Source: a virus. Taken from it: a DNA stretch of 64,000 bases. The notes beneath the pieces were generated by a model, which worked only from the letters and a program-made list of their open reading frames with translations, did not search any database and was not told the origin of the DNA. Both the position numbers and the translations under genes were made by a program. The stretch is taken from positions 1-64,000 of IMG/VR virus record IMGVR_UViG_3300020229_000001. One strand, given 5' to 3'. Each line of letters opens with the position of its first letter. Within the stretch, counting starts at the first letter, position 1. Positions 17,178 to 26,371 of this stretch are shown here, piece by piece.

Positions 17178-17767
17178 TTGGCCTCCTTTGCTGCTGCGAT
17201 GAGTGCGTCTGCCTGTTCAACAGCCCAGATTACTTCCAATTTTGCTTCCCACGATTCGCTTTCTCTGCCGGCCAGCGCAGCCAGCAACATCGCCGCAATC
17301 TCCAGCCGCGAGGGCTCGGGGCGAACTGTCAACTGTTGGTTGACGGTTGTGGCCTCGTAAGCTGCAACAGTGTCTTTGAGTTGTGCCACCTCGGCGCGGG
17401 CTTCGTCACGTTGTGACTGAAGCGTTACCGAACTGTTTAACTCGGCGTCTAGTTTTTCCTTCAATAGCTCCACCTCGACGCGGGCTTTGTTGCGTTGTTC
17501 CGCGAATTTTTCCGCATCTCGCGCATAGTCATCTCTATCGCTCTTAAGCCGCTTCACTTCTGCAAGTGCTTTGTCGAGCTCCTTTCGCAAAAAGGTAGCC
17601 TCCTCTCTTAAGAGCCCGTAATCGTGCGGGGTGCGCTCAGCAATGGCCTGGGATAATTCCTTTTGCAACGTTTCCAGTGCGTCTGCTGCCGACACATAAA
17701 GTATACATTCAAGCGGGCGCTTGGTTGCCACATAGCGCAGCCCTGTAATTATTTCTTTTGTGTTCAT
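17174..17767 (-). CDS. Coiled-coil hypothetical protein
   Basis: RDEARAEV repeats; C-terminal EPSRLEIAAM...ADALI. Confidence 0.65.
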   Translation of the reverse strand: MNTKEIITGLRYVATKRPLECILYVSAADALETLQKELSQAIAERTPHDYGLLREEATFLRKELDKALAEVKRLKSDRDDYARDAEKFAEQRNKARVEVELLKEKLDAELNSSVTLQSQRDEARAEVAQLKDTVAAYEATTVNQQLTVRPEPSRLEIAAMLLAALAGRESESWEAKLEVIWAVEQADALIAAAKEAK

Positions 17768-17930
17768 TTTTGTGTGGGTTGGCCTCCCAGGGAGGCGATT
17801 GTTTCTTCGTATGGGATCCCCAGGAGCTCAACGAGCTTCAACCTGGCTTCTGATTCTGACTCCGCGGTGATTGTCCAGGCTATGTATGGCAAAAAGTCCA
17901 CCGTCACGACGTACTCTGATTCCCAGGTGC

Positions 17931-18170
17931 TCATACTAAGCCGGCCTCCTGCGCCAGGCGCTTTGCTGCCGACAGCCCAGACTCTGCTTTTGGGTCAACC
18001 GGCGATTGGTGGGCGTAGGTTAGGCCGACCGCCTGAGCCTTACGCCTAGCAGCGGCTAGCGTGCCTTGGGCTGCCTCGCTGGAGCAGCAAAGCACTCGTC
18101 CGATCTCGCAAACAGACACTCCAGTGGCCGCCAGCCAATAAGCCAGGGCTTGACGTTGGCTAGGGCGCAT
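17931..18170 (-). CDS. Small HTH protein (sigma region 4-like)
   Basis: QRQAL....G.S..EIG..L..S......L..ARRK. Confidence 0.5.
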   Translation of the reverse strand: MRPSQRQALAYWLAATGVSVCEIGRVLCCSSEAAQGTLAAARRKAQAVGLTYAHQSPVDPKAESGLSAAKRLAQEAGLV

Positions 18171-18405
18171 CTGGTTTGACTGTTGTGCCGAACATGCCGG
18201 CGGTTGTGTTAAGCTTTTCTCGTGACCGTTGCCATGCAGCTTTTTTTGCAGAGCTTAAAACGGCGTGTTGATGCATGATTTCCTTCATAGTTGTGGTTCC
18301 AGACTGGGCAACCCGTCTCGCGTTTAACGCCTTGTTGACTGCTCTCAACGCCCCGCGATCTTTTCTGTCGGCAATAGCGCACCGGCCAATTGATTGTTGT
18401 CTCAT
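18160..18405 (-). CDS. Basic hypothetical protein
   Basis: 81 aa ORF in operon context. Confidence 0.45.
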   Translation of the reverse strand: MRQQSIGRCAIADRKDRGALRAVNKALNARRVAQSGTTTMKEIMHQHAVLSSAKKAAWQRSREKLNTTAGMFGTTVKPDAP

Positions 18406-18574
18406 ACTTCGTCCCCCCAGGGCTGCTCAGGCTCGCCATCAGCCTCCCAAGACCAGCCACAATGGCTATTGATGCAGCTAGCCCAGTCTGGGCCAGTCGC
18501 TGTTGGTGACCCGCAAATCGGACATTCTTTGTCCACGGGGTAGCGGTCGTCTTCGTCCCCTGGTGATCCTGTGC

Positions 18575-18841
18575 TTAGCATAATTTTATGAATAAAGGCG
18601 TTCCTGGGCCAACATACGACCCAAGAGTGTTGAAACTAAACCAATCCCAGGCGTCGTCCTGGCTCATGCCTGATTCCTCCACAAGCGCATAGAGGCAACG
18701 GTCCTGGTCGTAGCAAGCCAGAACGGGTTCGTTCATGCGTTGGACAAAACCCAAGAACGCGGACTCCATGCCGTCGGCCAGGATTACACGTTCTTCTGGG
18801 AACTCCTGTTCCAAAAAGTCTTCAATTTCTTGCCTGGTCAT
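18575..18841 (-). CDS. Conserved small phage protein
   Basis: ADG.E.AF.G...CYD...GMS.DDA.DWF.FN..G.YVG..TP.FI pattern; start MTRQE at 18841. Confidence 0.7.
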   Translation of the reverse strand: MTRQEIEDFLEQEFPEERVILADGMESAFLGFVQRMNEPVLACYDQDRCLYALVEESGMSQDDAWDWFSFNTLGSYVGPGTPLFIKLC

Positions 18842-19022
18842 CGTGCGTTTTTTAAGGCTTTCATCCGCTCGATCATCCTGCCGAGATCGGCCTCGAGCTC
18901 CGCTACTCGAATTTTCAGCCGGCGGATCTCCTCCTCGGCCTGCTCCAGGGCATGGTCTTCGTCCATTGGACGCTCCCCGGTTGAACACAACCTGGAGCCT
19001 TCAATGTATCGCACGCGCCCGC

Positions 19023-19334
19023 TCATGCGGACCTCCGAACAAAGGTGAATGTGCCGACCGGCCTGGAGTCCAGCTCCTCGCATTCCCACACTCCGTTGGG
19101 AAGCTCAAACGACCAGCCGACCGCTTGCTCCCATTTAAGGGGCGCCGGCGCCGTGTCTGTTCCGTCTTCGTAAAAGATCACTGGGACTTCATGCCCCATG
19201 CTGCATTCGTAGGCGTTCACCGCCCGATAATAGGCGCGCTCTCCGGCCCAAGAGCAATTCTTGCCGGCCTTTGCGCGGAGCACCGCGTTCCAAAGGGTTT
19301 GATTCCGCGTAGTTGTAGGTAGTGTTGCAGTCAT
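19023..19334 (-). CDS. Hypothetical protein
   Basis: 103 aa with A-rich leader aataaataaATG. Confidence 0.55.
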   Translation of the reverse strand: MTATLPTTTRNQTLWNAVLRAKAGKNCSWAGERAYYRAVNAYECSMGHEVPVIFYEDGTDTAPAPLKWEQAVGWSFELPNGVWECEELDSRPVGTFTFVRRSA

Positions 19335-19446
19335 TTATTTATTACGGTTTTTGTCCGCGGTTACAAACCGTAACCTTGGACTGTTGTGGTTGTTTTTAAC
19401 TGAGACGCCAAGCTATTGGGAGTTAGAACCCAGGTCAAATTTATTT

Positions 19447-19731
19447 TCAATTATTTTTCCACTGCTCTCCTATTTCGTCATTATCATCATCGTCTTGAGG
19501 CACTTCTGGTTCTGCTTCGTTGTCTTCAGAATGGTAATTTGGGCATGATTCTTGGTCGTTGAAACTGCGCTCCATGACGCATTCATCGCAGCCACACAGC
19601 ACCGCGACTGATATCTGAATGATCTTTCCATCATGCTCGCCGTCAGAGCATTGTAACTGAGCCTTGAAGTTTGAAATTCCGGCACCCAAAGTAAAGTCTG
19701 CGATTGTTGCGATTGCTTGTTTGAAGTCCAT
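19447..19731 (-). CDS. Acidic hypothetical protein
   Basis: 94 aa with CGCDEC motif. Confidence 0.5.
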   Translation of the reverse strand: MDFKQAIATIADFTLGAGISNFKAQLQCSDGEHDGKIIQISVAVLCGCDECVMERSFNDQESCPNYHSEDNEAEPEVPQDDDDNDEIGEQWKNN

Positions 19732-19752
19732 TAGATTGAGGCGGTTAAGTTT

Positions 19753-20406
19753 TTAGTTTGTTCTGTAAGACGGCCAATCGCAGAACGCGACGCCGCCGGT
19801 TTCTACGATCCTGGAAGCGACACTGTTTCCGATAGTGTCCAGGAATTTTGTTTGGTTTTGGTTAGTGATCAGCAGTGTGTCACGCATGGCGCCGTAGCGT
19901 CGGTCAATCAAATGCGTGAGAAGCCGGTTTTCCCAGGGGGTTTCTCCACGCTCCTGGAGCTCATCCAAGATCAGCAGACTTGGACCGCAATACGCATCAA
20001 TGACTGCTTTCTCCGAGCGTTTGCCCTCAAACGACTCTTTAATGTCGAGAAAGAACCCCATCGCCGTTGCGTACAATGGCGCCTTGCCGGCCCCCGCGTA
20101 GGTTTTGGCGATGGTTGCCGCCAATTGGGTCTTTCCGGTGCCCCTAGAGCCGCACAGAGCGATGATGAATCCGGAGTGGACCTTGGCCTCAACTCGAGCC
20201 AGGAGCGAAAGCCATCCTTCCCCTCGAGGCTCGACCGGTTGCCGGTGGCGATGGGGGATGTTGGACTTCTCCATCAGTTTGTGGGCAAGGATGCGTCGCT
20301 CCCTGGCCGCGGATTCTGCAACCCGTTGATCGATGTCGTCCTGGTCAAAAGACTGGGACATCAATGGACTCAGGACACTCTCCACTGCGTTTTTCAAGTT
20401 TTGCAT
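19753..20406 (-). CDS. DnaC/IstB-like AAA+ helicase loader
   Basis: GSRGTGKT Walker A, LLILDE Walker B, LIDRRY, TLLITN, SRI; directly after initiator. Confidence 0.88.
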   Translation of the reverse strand: MQNLKNAVESVLSPLMSQSFDQDDIDQRVAESAARERRILAHKLMEKSNIPHRHRQPVEPRGEGWLSLLARVEAKVHSGFIIALCGSRGTGKTQLAATIAKTYAGAGKAPLYATAMGFFLDIKESFEGKRSEKAVIDAYCGPSLLILDELQERGETPWENRLLTHLIDRRYGAMRDTLLITNQNQTKFLDTIGNSVASRIVETGGVAFCDWPSYRTN

Positions 20407-21151
20407 TTGTTTTGGTTTCTATGTGAATTCCGCTCCAGCCCTTTTCCATTGATTGAATCATTCCGGCTATCGCCGCCGGCACTCCGACCTCCACCGCCTT
20501 GGCGAAGACCCGAGTCCTGGACGGGAGCGTTTTGGCCGATTGCTTCTTCTTGTACGCGATATACTCAAGCCAGACGTTGACAAACTCCGGAACATTCAGG
20601 ACCGCCGGCAGGCCATCAAGCGGATGACCCCAGGCTGACTTCCGAACCCTGGGAGCTGCGACAGCAGCGACCGCCCCCTTAAAGGGGGTAGGGGGTATTA
20701 CTTGGTTACTGGTTCTTGGTTCTTGGTTCTTGGTTGGTATACCAGCACCCGTATACGGCACCTGGTATTCCTGCGGTATACTTTCTGATACCGTCGGTAC
20801 GGTTTCCGATACCGTCGGTATACCGTCGGTATTTTTAGACCATCTTTTTGACACTCTGGCCCTCTGCTGTTCCGAAAGCGAACGGTACTTTTCAAGCTCT
20901 TTGTCGGCTCGTTTGTGAGACCATACACCGTTGCAGTGAGAAAAGAACTCCCGCAAAACTCGTTCCACGGCTTCACGCTCGTCCTGAGCCCGAGCGCACA
21001 GCTTTCGGATTGCGTCGTCAACAGTGAGTTGAAGTGGTCCGTTGTTGAGGTAATAGAGATCGAGCAGGCGGCTGTAGACGCCGTGCTCTAGCAGAGACAG
21101 GTGACCGGTGTCCCGGAGGTAGTCCCCAATGTGTCGAGGGTAGTGGTTCAT
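20345..21151 (-). CDS. Replication initiator, YdaU/DUF1376-like
   Basis: MNHYPRHIGDYLRDTGHLSLLEHGVYSRLLDLYY...VLREFF...WSHKRADKEL; internal iteron-like repeats. Confidence 0.88.
   Translation of the reverse strand: MNHYPRHIGDYLRDTGHLSLLEHGVYSRLLDLYYLNNGPLQLTVDDAIRKLCARAQDEREAVERVLREFFSHCNGVWSHKRADKELEKYRSLSEQQRARVSKRWSKNTDGIPTVSETVPTVSESIPQEYQVPYTGAGIPTKNQEPRTSNQVIPPTPFKGAVAAVAAPRVRKSAWGHPLDGLPAVLNVPEFVNVWLEYIAYKKKQSAKTLPSRTRVFAKAVEVGVPAAIAGMIQSMEKGWSGIHIETKTNAKLEKRSGECPESIDVPVF
20701..20835. repeat. Probable replication origin inside initiator gene
   Basis: Palindromic TACCGTCGGTA at 20789, 20810 and 20821, plus adjacent (GGTTCTT)x3 tract. Confidence 0.65.
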
Positions 21152-21441
21152 TTGGTCGGACGAATTCGGCGGTTAGCCTCCTCCTGGGGATACCCAACTT
21201 TCACCAGGCCTTTCTTTAGGTCGTCGTCTGTCCATGTCTCTCCTTCAATAGGGTAGCGCATATATTCATCCAGATGGTCCCACCGGTTGCTACACGTCCT
21301 GGACGCAAACCAGTCCCACCAAACAATTCTGGCTACCGCGGCCCTGTACCGGGTTGGCAACCGCTTTACATTGTCCGCCCAGACGTCTGGGTCAATTCGG
21401 CGCCCGCGTGATATCCAAGGTCTCCCGCTCACTTTGCTCAT
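21148..21441 (-). CDS. Hypothetical protein
   Basis: 97 aa, Trp-rich, coupled. Confidence 0.6.
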   Translation of the reverse strand: MSKVSGRPWISRGRRIDPDVWADNVKRLPTRYRAAVARIVWWDWFASRTCSNRWDHLDEYMRYPIEGETWTDDDLKKGLVKVGYPQEEANRRIRPTK

Positions 21442-21851
21442 AATTTATTTATTTTAACTTCAATTTTTGGATCTTCGCCAATTGCTGCGTAGCACTTTCC
21501 GAGGTTCAGACGCACGATCTGGGCGTCGTCGTGCCAGAAGCCTTTTATGGCGTCCTGGAGCCCCTTCTGGAGGTTGTCCAGGTCGGGCCGGTGGATGTTC
21601 CATATGCGATCCGTTGAGTGCTTTTTAGCCATCAACACTTTTGGCCGGCGCAAAACGTACAGCACCTTCATCTCCAGGGCGCCTTCCAAGAGCACTGCTG
21701 GCCGGTAGGGAGCAGTCAGCCACTCGATTGACTGCTCCCATTTGACGACCTTTTTCTGCTTAAAGAAGATCGGCTTTCCGGCGCGCACCATCACCCGCTT
21801 TCCCGAAAACTGAACCGACATTGGGTCCACGGGGATAGTGAATTCAATCAT
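21438..21851 (-). CDS. rusA: RusA-like Holliday junction resolvase
   Basis: RPDLDNLQKGLQDAI...WHDDAQIV.L...K.Y motif. Confidence 0.88.
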   Translation of the reverse strand: MIEFTIPVDPMSVQFSGKRVMVRAGKPIFFKQKKVVKWEQSIEWLTAPYRPAVLLEGALEMKVLYVLRRPKVLMAKKHSTDRIWNIHRPDLDNLQKGLQDAIKGFWHDDAQIVRLNLGKCYAAIGEDPKIEVKINKL

Positions 21852-22609
21852 AATTGAGGGAACGCCTCTTTGTCTGGAGTCCAAGCCAAGGTCAATTTCC
21901 TGCCAGTCTTTGACCACTTCATGGCTTTAACAAGAACCGCCGTTAAATGGAGGCATCCCTCATTCCTCGAAGGCGCCAATCGTTTTTTCATGTACAAATC
22001 AAAGGCAGCTTGGGCGGAATCAAATTCGCTTTTTGACAGCTTTAAAAGCCACTCATTAACCCAATTGAGGCCATAAGCACGCATTGCAACAAAGAAAGCC
22101 GCGTGCTCAACGCTGGATGGAACTTTGAAAAACTTTAGGCGTCTCGATTTAACGCAATCGCGAATGTCTGGATTATCCTCTAAAATTTCACGCTGCGGGG
22201 AATAAGCTAATCGCTGATAACGTCCTCCAAAGATTTCGGCAATCAGGTTGATGACGGCACTCAAATGTTTAACGTTTTTCTCTTCATCAAAGGCGAGCAT
22301 ATCTGAAACCGTCCTCGGTTGAACTATGTCTATAGAATAGATGTACTCGTCAGGGATTCCGCGAGTCACCCACGTCTCAAATGAGACGTTAGCCTTGATG
22401 CAAGCCATCAACCGTTTCTGCCCATCGAGCAATCTTCCAGTAACGCCAAAACGAATGTTGGACGCATTCAGTTGCCAGTTTCCGCTGGCCATACTCTTAG
22501 CGTAGAGGTCAATTCGATGGTTCGACGCAGGACGATTTACCCAGTTTTGTAAGAGCATTCTATTTGCAATTGCTGGGGTGATAAGTTCAATTCTAGCTGT
22601 CTGTTTCAT
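21848..22609 (-). CDS. ParB/Srx-like (DGQHR-type) protein
   Basis: ITP..A..ML..N..NR......YA..M..G.W...I.F...G.LLDGQKRL.A. Confidence 0.7.
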   Translation of the reverse strand: MKQTARIELITPAIANRMLLQNWVNRPASNHRIDLYAKSMASGNWQLNASNIRFGVTGRLLDGQKRLMACIKANVSFETWVTRGIPDEYIYSIDIVQPRTVSDMLAFDEEKNVKHLSAVINLIAEIFGGRYQRLAYSPQREILEDNPDIRDCVKSRRLKFFKVPSSVEHAAFFVAMRAYGLNWVNEWLLKLSKSEFDSAQAAFDLYMKKRLAPSRNEGCLHLTAVLVKAMKWSKTGRKLTLAWTPDKEAFPQL

Positions 22610-22630
22610 TGTATTTATTGGGTTTGGGTT

Positions 22631-22736
22631 TTGCGCGTTTTACGAATGCGCGCCCCTCGGGTTTGCTGCTTTTACGAGAGCGTACTACTCCGGTTTGCTG
22701 CTTTTACGAGAGCGCGCCCCTCGAACTTGCTGTTTT
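22631..22736. repeat. Three 32-bp tandem repeats plus partial fourth
   Basis: Units start at 22631, 22663, 22695 (partial at 22727); core ttgctgcttttacgagagcg. Confidence 0.85.
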
Positions 22737-22877
22737 TAATTTGCGTTTTAACTTGGCTTCTTTTGTGTCTGACTTTGTGCAAGCTTTGCACTTATTTAGA
22801 TGGCCGTCGCTCATCCTTAGGTGGTGATAAAACTCAGTGAGGGGAAGTTTATTTCCGCATTTGAAACACGTTTTCAT
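22704..22877 (-). CDS. 57-aa zinc finger, probably a truncated HNH-endonuclease N-terminus (not in ORF track)
   Basis: MKTCFKCGNKLPLTEFYHHLRMSDGHLNKCKACTK; TAATG-coupled to SSB; stops inside the repeat array. Confidence 0.65.
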   Translation of the reverse strand: MKTCFKCGNKLPLTEFYHHLRMSDGHLNKCKACTKSDTKEAKLKRKLKTASSRGALS

Positions 22878-23407
22878 TAAAACGGAATATCGTCGTCAGC
22901 CAGATCAACAGGATCTGTCGCTTTCACTACCCGCCCTGGGACAACGGCCTTAGCGGCCAACCCCCGAGCGTTTGCCTTCATCCCGCGGTCCAAGGCACCA
23001 AGGATCGACCGGATCTTGGCTGGGTCTTGAGCGACGGTAGACTCCGGAGCGTTTGGATTATTGAGCCACTGCGCTTTCAGCGACTTCTTGCCATTCCAAT
23101 CGTTCCATTCAATGACAACTTCCACCTCTTTGCCAGCAAACGGCACTCGGCCATCTGCCAAAGCGGCTGAATCCCAGTCCCAGTCAAAACAGCGCTTAAG
23201 CTGGTCCTGGGTGATCTGCCGGCCTTTGTCAGTGCTCAACGAGCCGAACCAAGTTATTTCTGTCCCGCTGTTGTCGCCCTGGCCGTGGTCGATGACCATG
23301 CCAATGACAACGCTCGGCTTGTCGTCCTTGGACAAATATACCCAGGACTTTGATTCTTTGACGATGGCCAAGTAGCGGCCAGGTTCCGTTGGTTTTGTGT
23401 ATTCCAT
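22877..23407 (-). CDS. Single-stranded DNA-binding protein (DUF669-like)
   Basis: EPGRYLA start, C-terminal DDDIPF, follows Sak4-like ATPase. Confidence 0.8.
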   Translation of the reverse strand: MEYTKPTEPGRYLAIVKESKSWVYLSKDDKPSVVIGMVIDHGQGDNSGTEITWFGSLSTDKGRQITQDQLKRCFDWDWDSAALADGRVPFAGKEVEVVIEWNDWNGKKSLKAQWLNNPNAPESTVAQDPAKIRSILGALDRGMKANARGLAAKAVVPGRVVKATDPVDLADDDIPF

Positions 23408-23408
23408 A

Positions 23409-24287
23409 TTACTGTAGGGTTTTCAATTTTTCGATTCCGACTTTGATCCGGTCAGCAGGAAGCTGATCAACCGGTGTTTTCTGCCACTTGGCTTTGGCTT
23501 CTCCTTCGAGTTTGGCCGTGCTTAAGAGGGCGAGAAATTGTGCGCGGAGCTTGTCTGGCCGGTTGGCCTCGACTTCTGCCGCAAAGGTTGCGTAGTCCAA
23601 CTCCATCACTTCAGAAAGGCCCAGGCGGTTCTTAGCGTCCCACCCTGGCGACCAGGTGGTGTGCAATACTCGACCGCCGCCAGTGACCTTCTCGTTATTG
23701 GAGCCGCGCTCCTTGGTCTTGTAGACCTCGTAAACCGCAAACAAACAGGCGTCTGGCCACTCGCGGAGAATTCCGGTGAATCCCTTGTGCCCCTTCATTT
23801 CGTAGCGATCCCATGTATTGCCGTCCGGCGCCGAGAACGTCTTGATCTGGACGTGCGAGAGCAAGATGATCCCAAACTTCTGGCGCTGCCGGAGCGTGTC
23901 CAGTTTGGCCAGGAGAAGGCTAAGCTCCTGCTCGGCGATCTTGTAGCCCTTGCCAAACCCGTAGTCCTCAACGCCGGCTTTCCCGTCGCGCTTGCAGATA
24001 AACTGGTGGATGCTGCGCTCAAGCCAGTCGGTTGTGTCCAGGACCAAGGTCTTGTACTCGCCGGCGTCCAGGGTGAGCGCCTCGACCATCGCCGTAGTGT
24101 CGGCATAGGTTTCAGGGCTGATCCTGGCAACGTGATCCAGACCGGTGAGGCCGTCCTCCTGGGAGATAAACAACGGGCTGGGCGCCCCTGCTCCGAACGT
24201 TGATTTGCCAATCCCTTCCGGACCGGAAAGAAGAACTCGAGGTGGGAGGCTTTCGCCGCCGCGTTTGATTTTAGTTAGAATGCTCAT
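23409..24287 (-). CDS. Sak4-like AAA_24 recombinase ATPase
   Basis: GPEGIGKSTF, EDG, YKTLVLDTTDWLE, GFGKGY, EWPD, AKNR. Confidence 0.88.
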   Translation of the reverse strand: MSILTKIKRGGESLPPRVLLSGPEGIGKSTFGAGAPSPLFISQEDGLTGLDHVARISPETYADTTAMVEALTLDAGEYKTLVLDTTDWLERSIHQFICKRDGKAGVEDYGFGKGYKIAEQELSLLLAKLDTLRQRQKFGIILLSHVQIKTFSAPDGNTWDRYEMKGHKGFTGILREWPDACLFAVYEVYKTKERGSNNEKVTGGGRVLHTTWSPGWDAKNRLGLSEVMELDYATFAAEVEANRPDKLRAQFLALLSTAKLEGEAKAKWQKTPVDQLPADRIKVGIEKLKTLQ

Positions 24288-24295
24288 GGTTGTAT

Positions 24296-25354
24296 TTATT
24301 TGCTGACAATGAAATGGCGCAGGAACGTTTCCGCGGCCAGGTGAAAGGCGGTGCCCAGGGCGAGGGCTTCTTCTGTCTCTCCGACCTTCATGGTGGGAGA
24401 CTCGTATTTAAGGTAATGATACCGGCTGCACTTCCTCAGGGCCGTCAGCCGGCTATTAGTGAGGAGTTCTTTGGTGTTGGTCTCCTTCATCTCGAGCTCA
24501 GCGTGTTTTTCCGGCTTTGGAGCGTACCGGATGCCATCAACAGCCGACCGGCCTGAACAGAGCTCAAAGTACTCGCAGGTGCCGAACTGGGCGCAGGCGC
24601 TCGGGTTTCTGGGCCAAAGGTTCCGGCGGCGGAACCAAAGGATCTGCTGCGACAACGCCCAGGCGTCGTTCATGTACTCGAGCAGGTCGGAGTCGCTGCG
24701 TGCAATGTCACGCTGGACAAAGTAGTCCAGGGGCCGGTCACTGATCTCCTTAAACGTCCGGTCAAACAACTCCTGGGGCGTCTCCGGCCTTGAGAGAACA
24801 GCCCACCCGCGCTCAGTGTCCGCTGTCTGACGCCATTTTTTGCCGTCACTTGTGGTTATCCTGTTGCCGAACTGGTCCTGGACAATTTTGAGCCCGTTCT
24901 CGTCCAGGGTCGGCACCGAGCCGAGCTTGTATCCTGGTTTCCGGATAACGTCGTAGCAAACTTGGTTTGCGTCCAGGCCGCGGGCGCGGAGGCTCAATAG
25001 ATATTTGGAAATTTGCGTGTCCATCACCAGCCTGGGCCAGTAGTTGCTGTCCGAGTCGATGCTGTCCGCGGTCGTCTTGTGCTCGAGCACCTTTATGGTG
25101 CCAGAACGCTTATTGCGGAGAACGCCGTCAATCTTGCCGGCCTCCAGGAAGGTCTTGGACGGCGACTCAGTCTCGGGATTAAGGAGCGGGAATGAGAATT
25201 CCGACTCGACCTCGAGGACGTCGTGTTCGTCCAGGATGTGCCGGAAGGAACGGGTCCAGCCCAGGAAGAGGGCTGCCGCCTTTGCGGTCGCTGCGTTGGC
25301 AATGTTAATGGTTGCCATGCCGGCATCGGCGGCGTCAGTGTACTGATTTGTCAT
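24296..25354 (-). CDS. PD-(D/E)XK Cas4/AddB-like exonuclease, circularly permuted
   Basis: VE.EF, GKIDG, EHKT, Q...Y, C..FG.C.Y..LC; the usual N-terminal LTNSRL...RKC.R...Y...LGTAFH segment is at the C-terminus. Confidence 0.85.
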   Translation of the reverse strand: MTNQYTDAADAGMATINIANAATAKAAALFLGWTRSFRHILDEHDVLEVESEFSFPLLNPETESPSKTFLEAGKIDGVLRNKRSGTIKVLEHKTTADSIDSDSNYWPRLVMDTQISKYLLSLRARGLDANQVCYDVIRKPGYKLGSVPTLDENGLKIVQDQFGNRITTSDGKKWRQTADTERGWAVLSRPETPQELFDRTFKEISDRPLDYFVQRDIARSDSDLLEYMNDAWALSQQILWFRRRNLWPRNPSACAQFGTCEYFELCSGRSAVDGIRYAPKPEKHAELEMKETNTKELLTNSRLTALRKCSRYHYLKYESPTMKVGETEEALALGTAFHLAAETFLRHFIVSK

Positions 25355-25637
25355 TGGATGTATTTATTTGAATTTCCAGCTCAGTGATGCGGAGCTGAAG
25401 GCGCAGGTTTTCTTGAAGGAGCTCACGAATGCGCTCTTGTAGGAGGTCAATGAGGTGAGCGCTCATTATTTCGTGCCTCCAGGCCGCCGCACCGAGCGCG
25501 GAGGGATTTATTTTTTGCCGCTCTAGCGTTTGTCTGCGCCAGTTTTTCGGCTTTTGTGCGGTTTGGATTTTTTACCCGATTCCCGGAATAAATCCAACAT
25601 TCCGTCATTCCGCCCATGCCGGCTGTTCGCGAGCCCA

Positions 25638-25904
25638 TTATTTCCGAGCCTCCAGTGCTGCAAAGATGACAAGGATCCCGGTCGGCATTGTCAGCGCGGC
25701 CACAATGCAGGCCTCGACCGCGGACTCGGCAAAATGCGCCATGGCGCACCCGTCTGCCATCAGTAGTGCGACGCCCACCAGCAGCCAGACCGTGGCGGTG
25801 GTGCGCTGTGGGCGCGGGCGCAGGTGCGGATCCCCGAGTGGGATCCGGATCGTATCGCGGCCGACGTCGCCCCGGGGAGGGCGGGAATAGTGTGAGGTGC
25901 TCAT
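25638..25904 (-). CDS. Small two-TM protein
   Basis: Two hydrophobic segments. Confidence 0.5.
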   Translation of the reverse strand: MSTSHYSRPPRGDVGRDTIRIPLGDPHLRPRPQRTTATVWLLVGVALLMADGCAMAHFAESAVEACIVAALTMPTGILVIFAALEARK

Positions 25905-25907
25905 TGT

Positions 25908-26366
25908 CTATAAAAGTTTGATAATGGTTTCGGCGACAGCGTCAAGCGTTCCGGCTCTCTTGAGCGCGGCAATTCGCTCGCAAAGATCGACGAACTCGCG
26001 CAGCCTGGCTATTTCCTGATCGTGCTCGGCCCCGACAAAAAAAGTGCGGATATCTTGTAGCTCTTTTTTTATGGCGGTCACTTCGGCGACGTATGCGATT
26101 TTGAATCCCTTCAAATTTGAGAGGTGATTCTTCATGTTTTCCCGGTGTTTTTCCATATCCCCGCCGATGCCATTGTACATTTCGTCGATTGTCGCCCGGG
26201 CGTCTTGTGCCATGAGTACTTGAGGCCTGGTTTCTCGTGGCATCTTGCCGATTTGCTCTGCAATTAAGACGGCTATGTCGTCAAAGCTGTAAACATCCTC
26301 TCCGTTGACAATCTTGGTTTTGATTTTGCTGTCGCTGTCGTGACTGCTCATTACGTTATTTTTCAT
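25908..26366 (-). CDS. Hypothetical coiled-coil protein
   Basis: Probable start MKNNVM at 26366. Confidence 0.6.
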   Translation of the reverse strand: MKNNVMSSHDSDSKIKTKIVNGEDVYSFDDIAVLIAEQIGKMPRETRPQVLMAQDARATIDEMYNGIGGDMEKHRENMKNHLSNLKGFKIAYVAEVTAIKKELQDIRTFFVGAEHDQEIARLREFVDLCERIAALKRAGTLDAVAETIIKLL

Positions 26367-26371
26367 ACTAT

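Noticed and set aside
22631-22736. Mini CRISPR array
   Set aside because: The variable part is only ~12 bp and units 1 and 3 share it; no cas operon; the Cas4-like gene sits in a standard recombination module.
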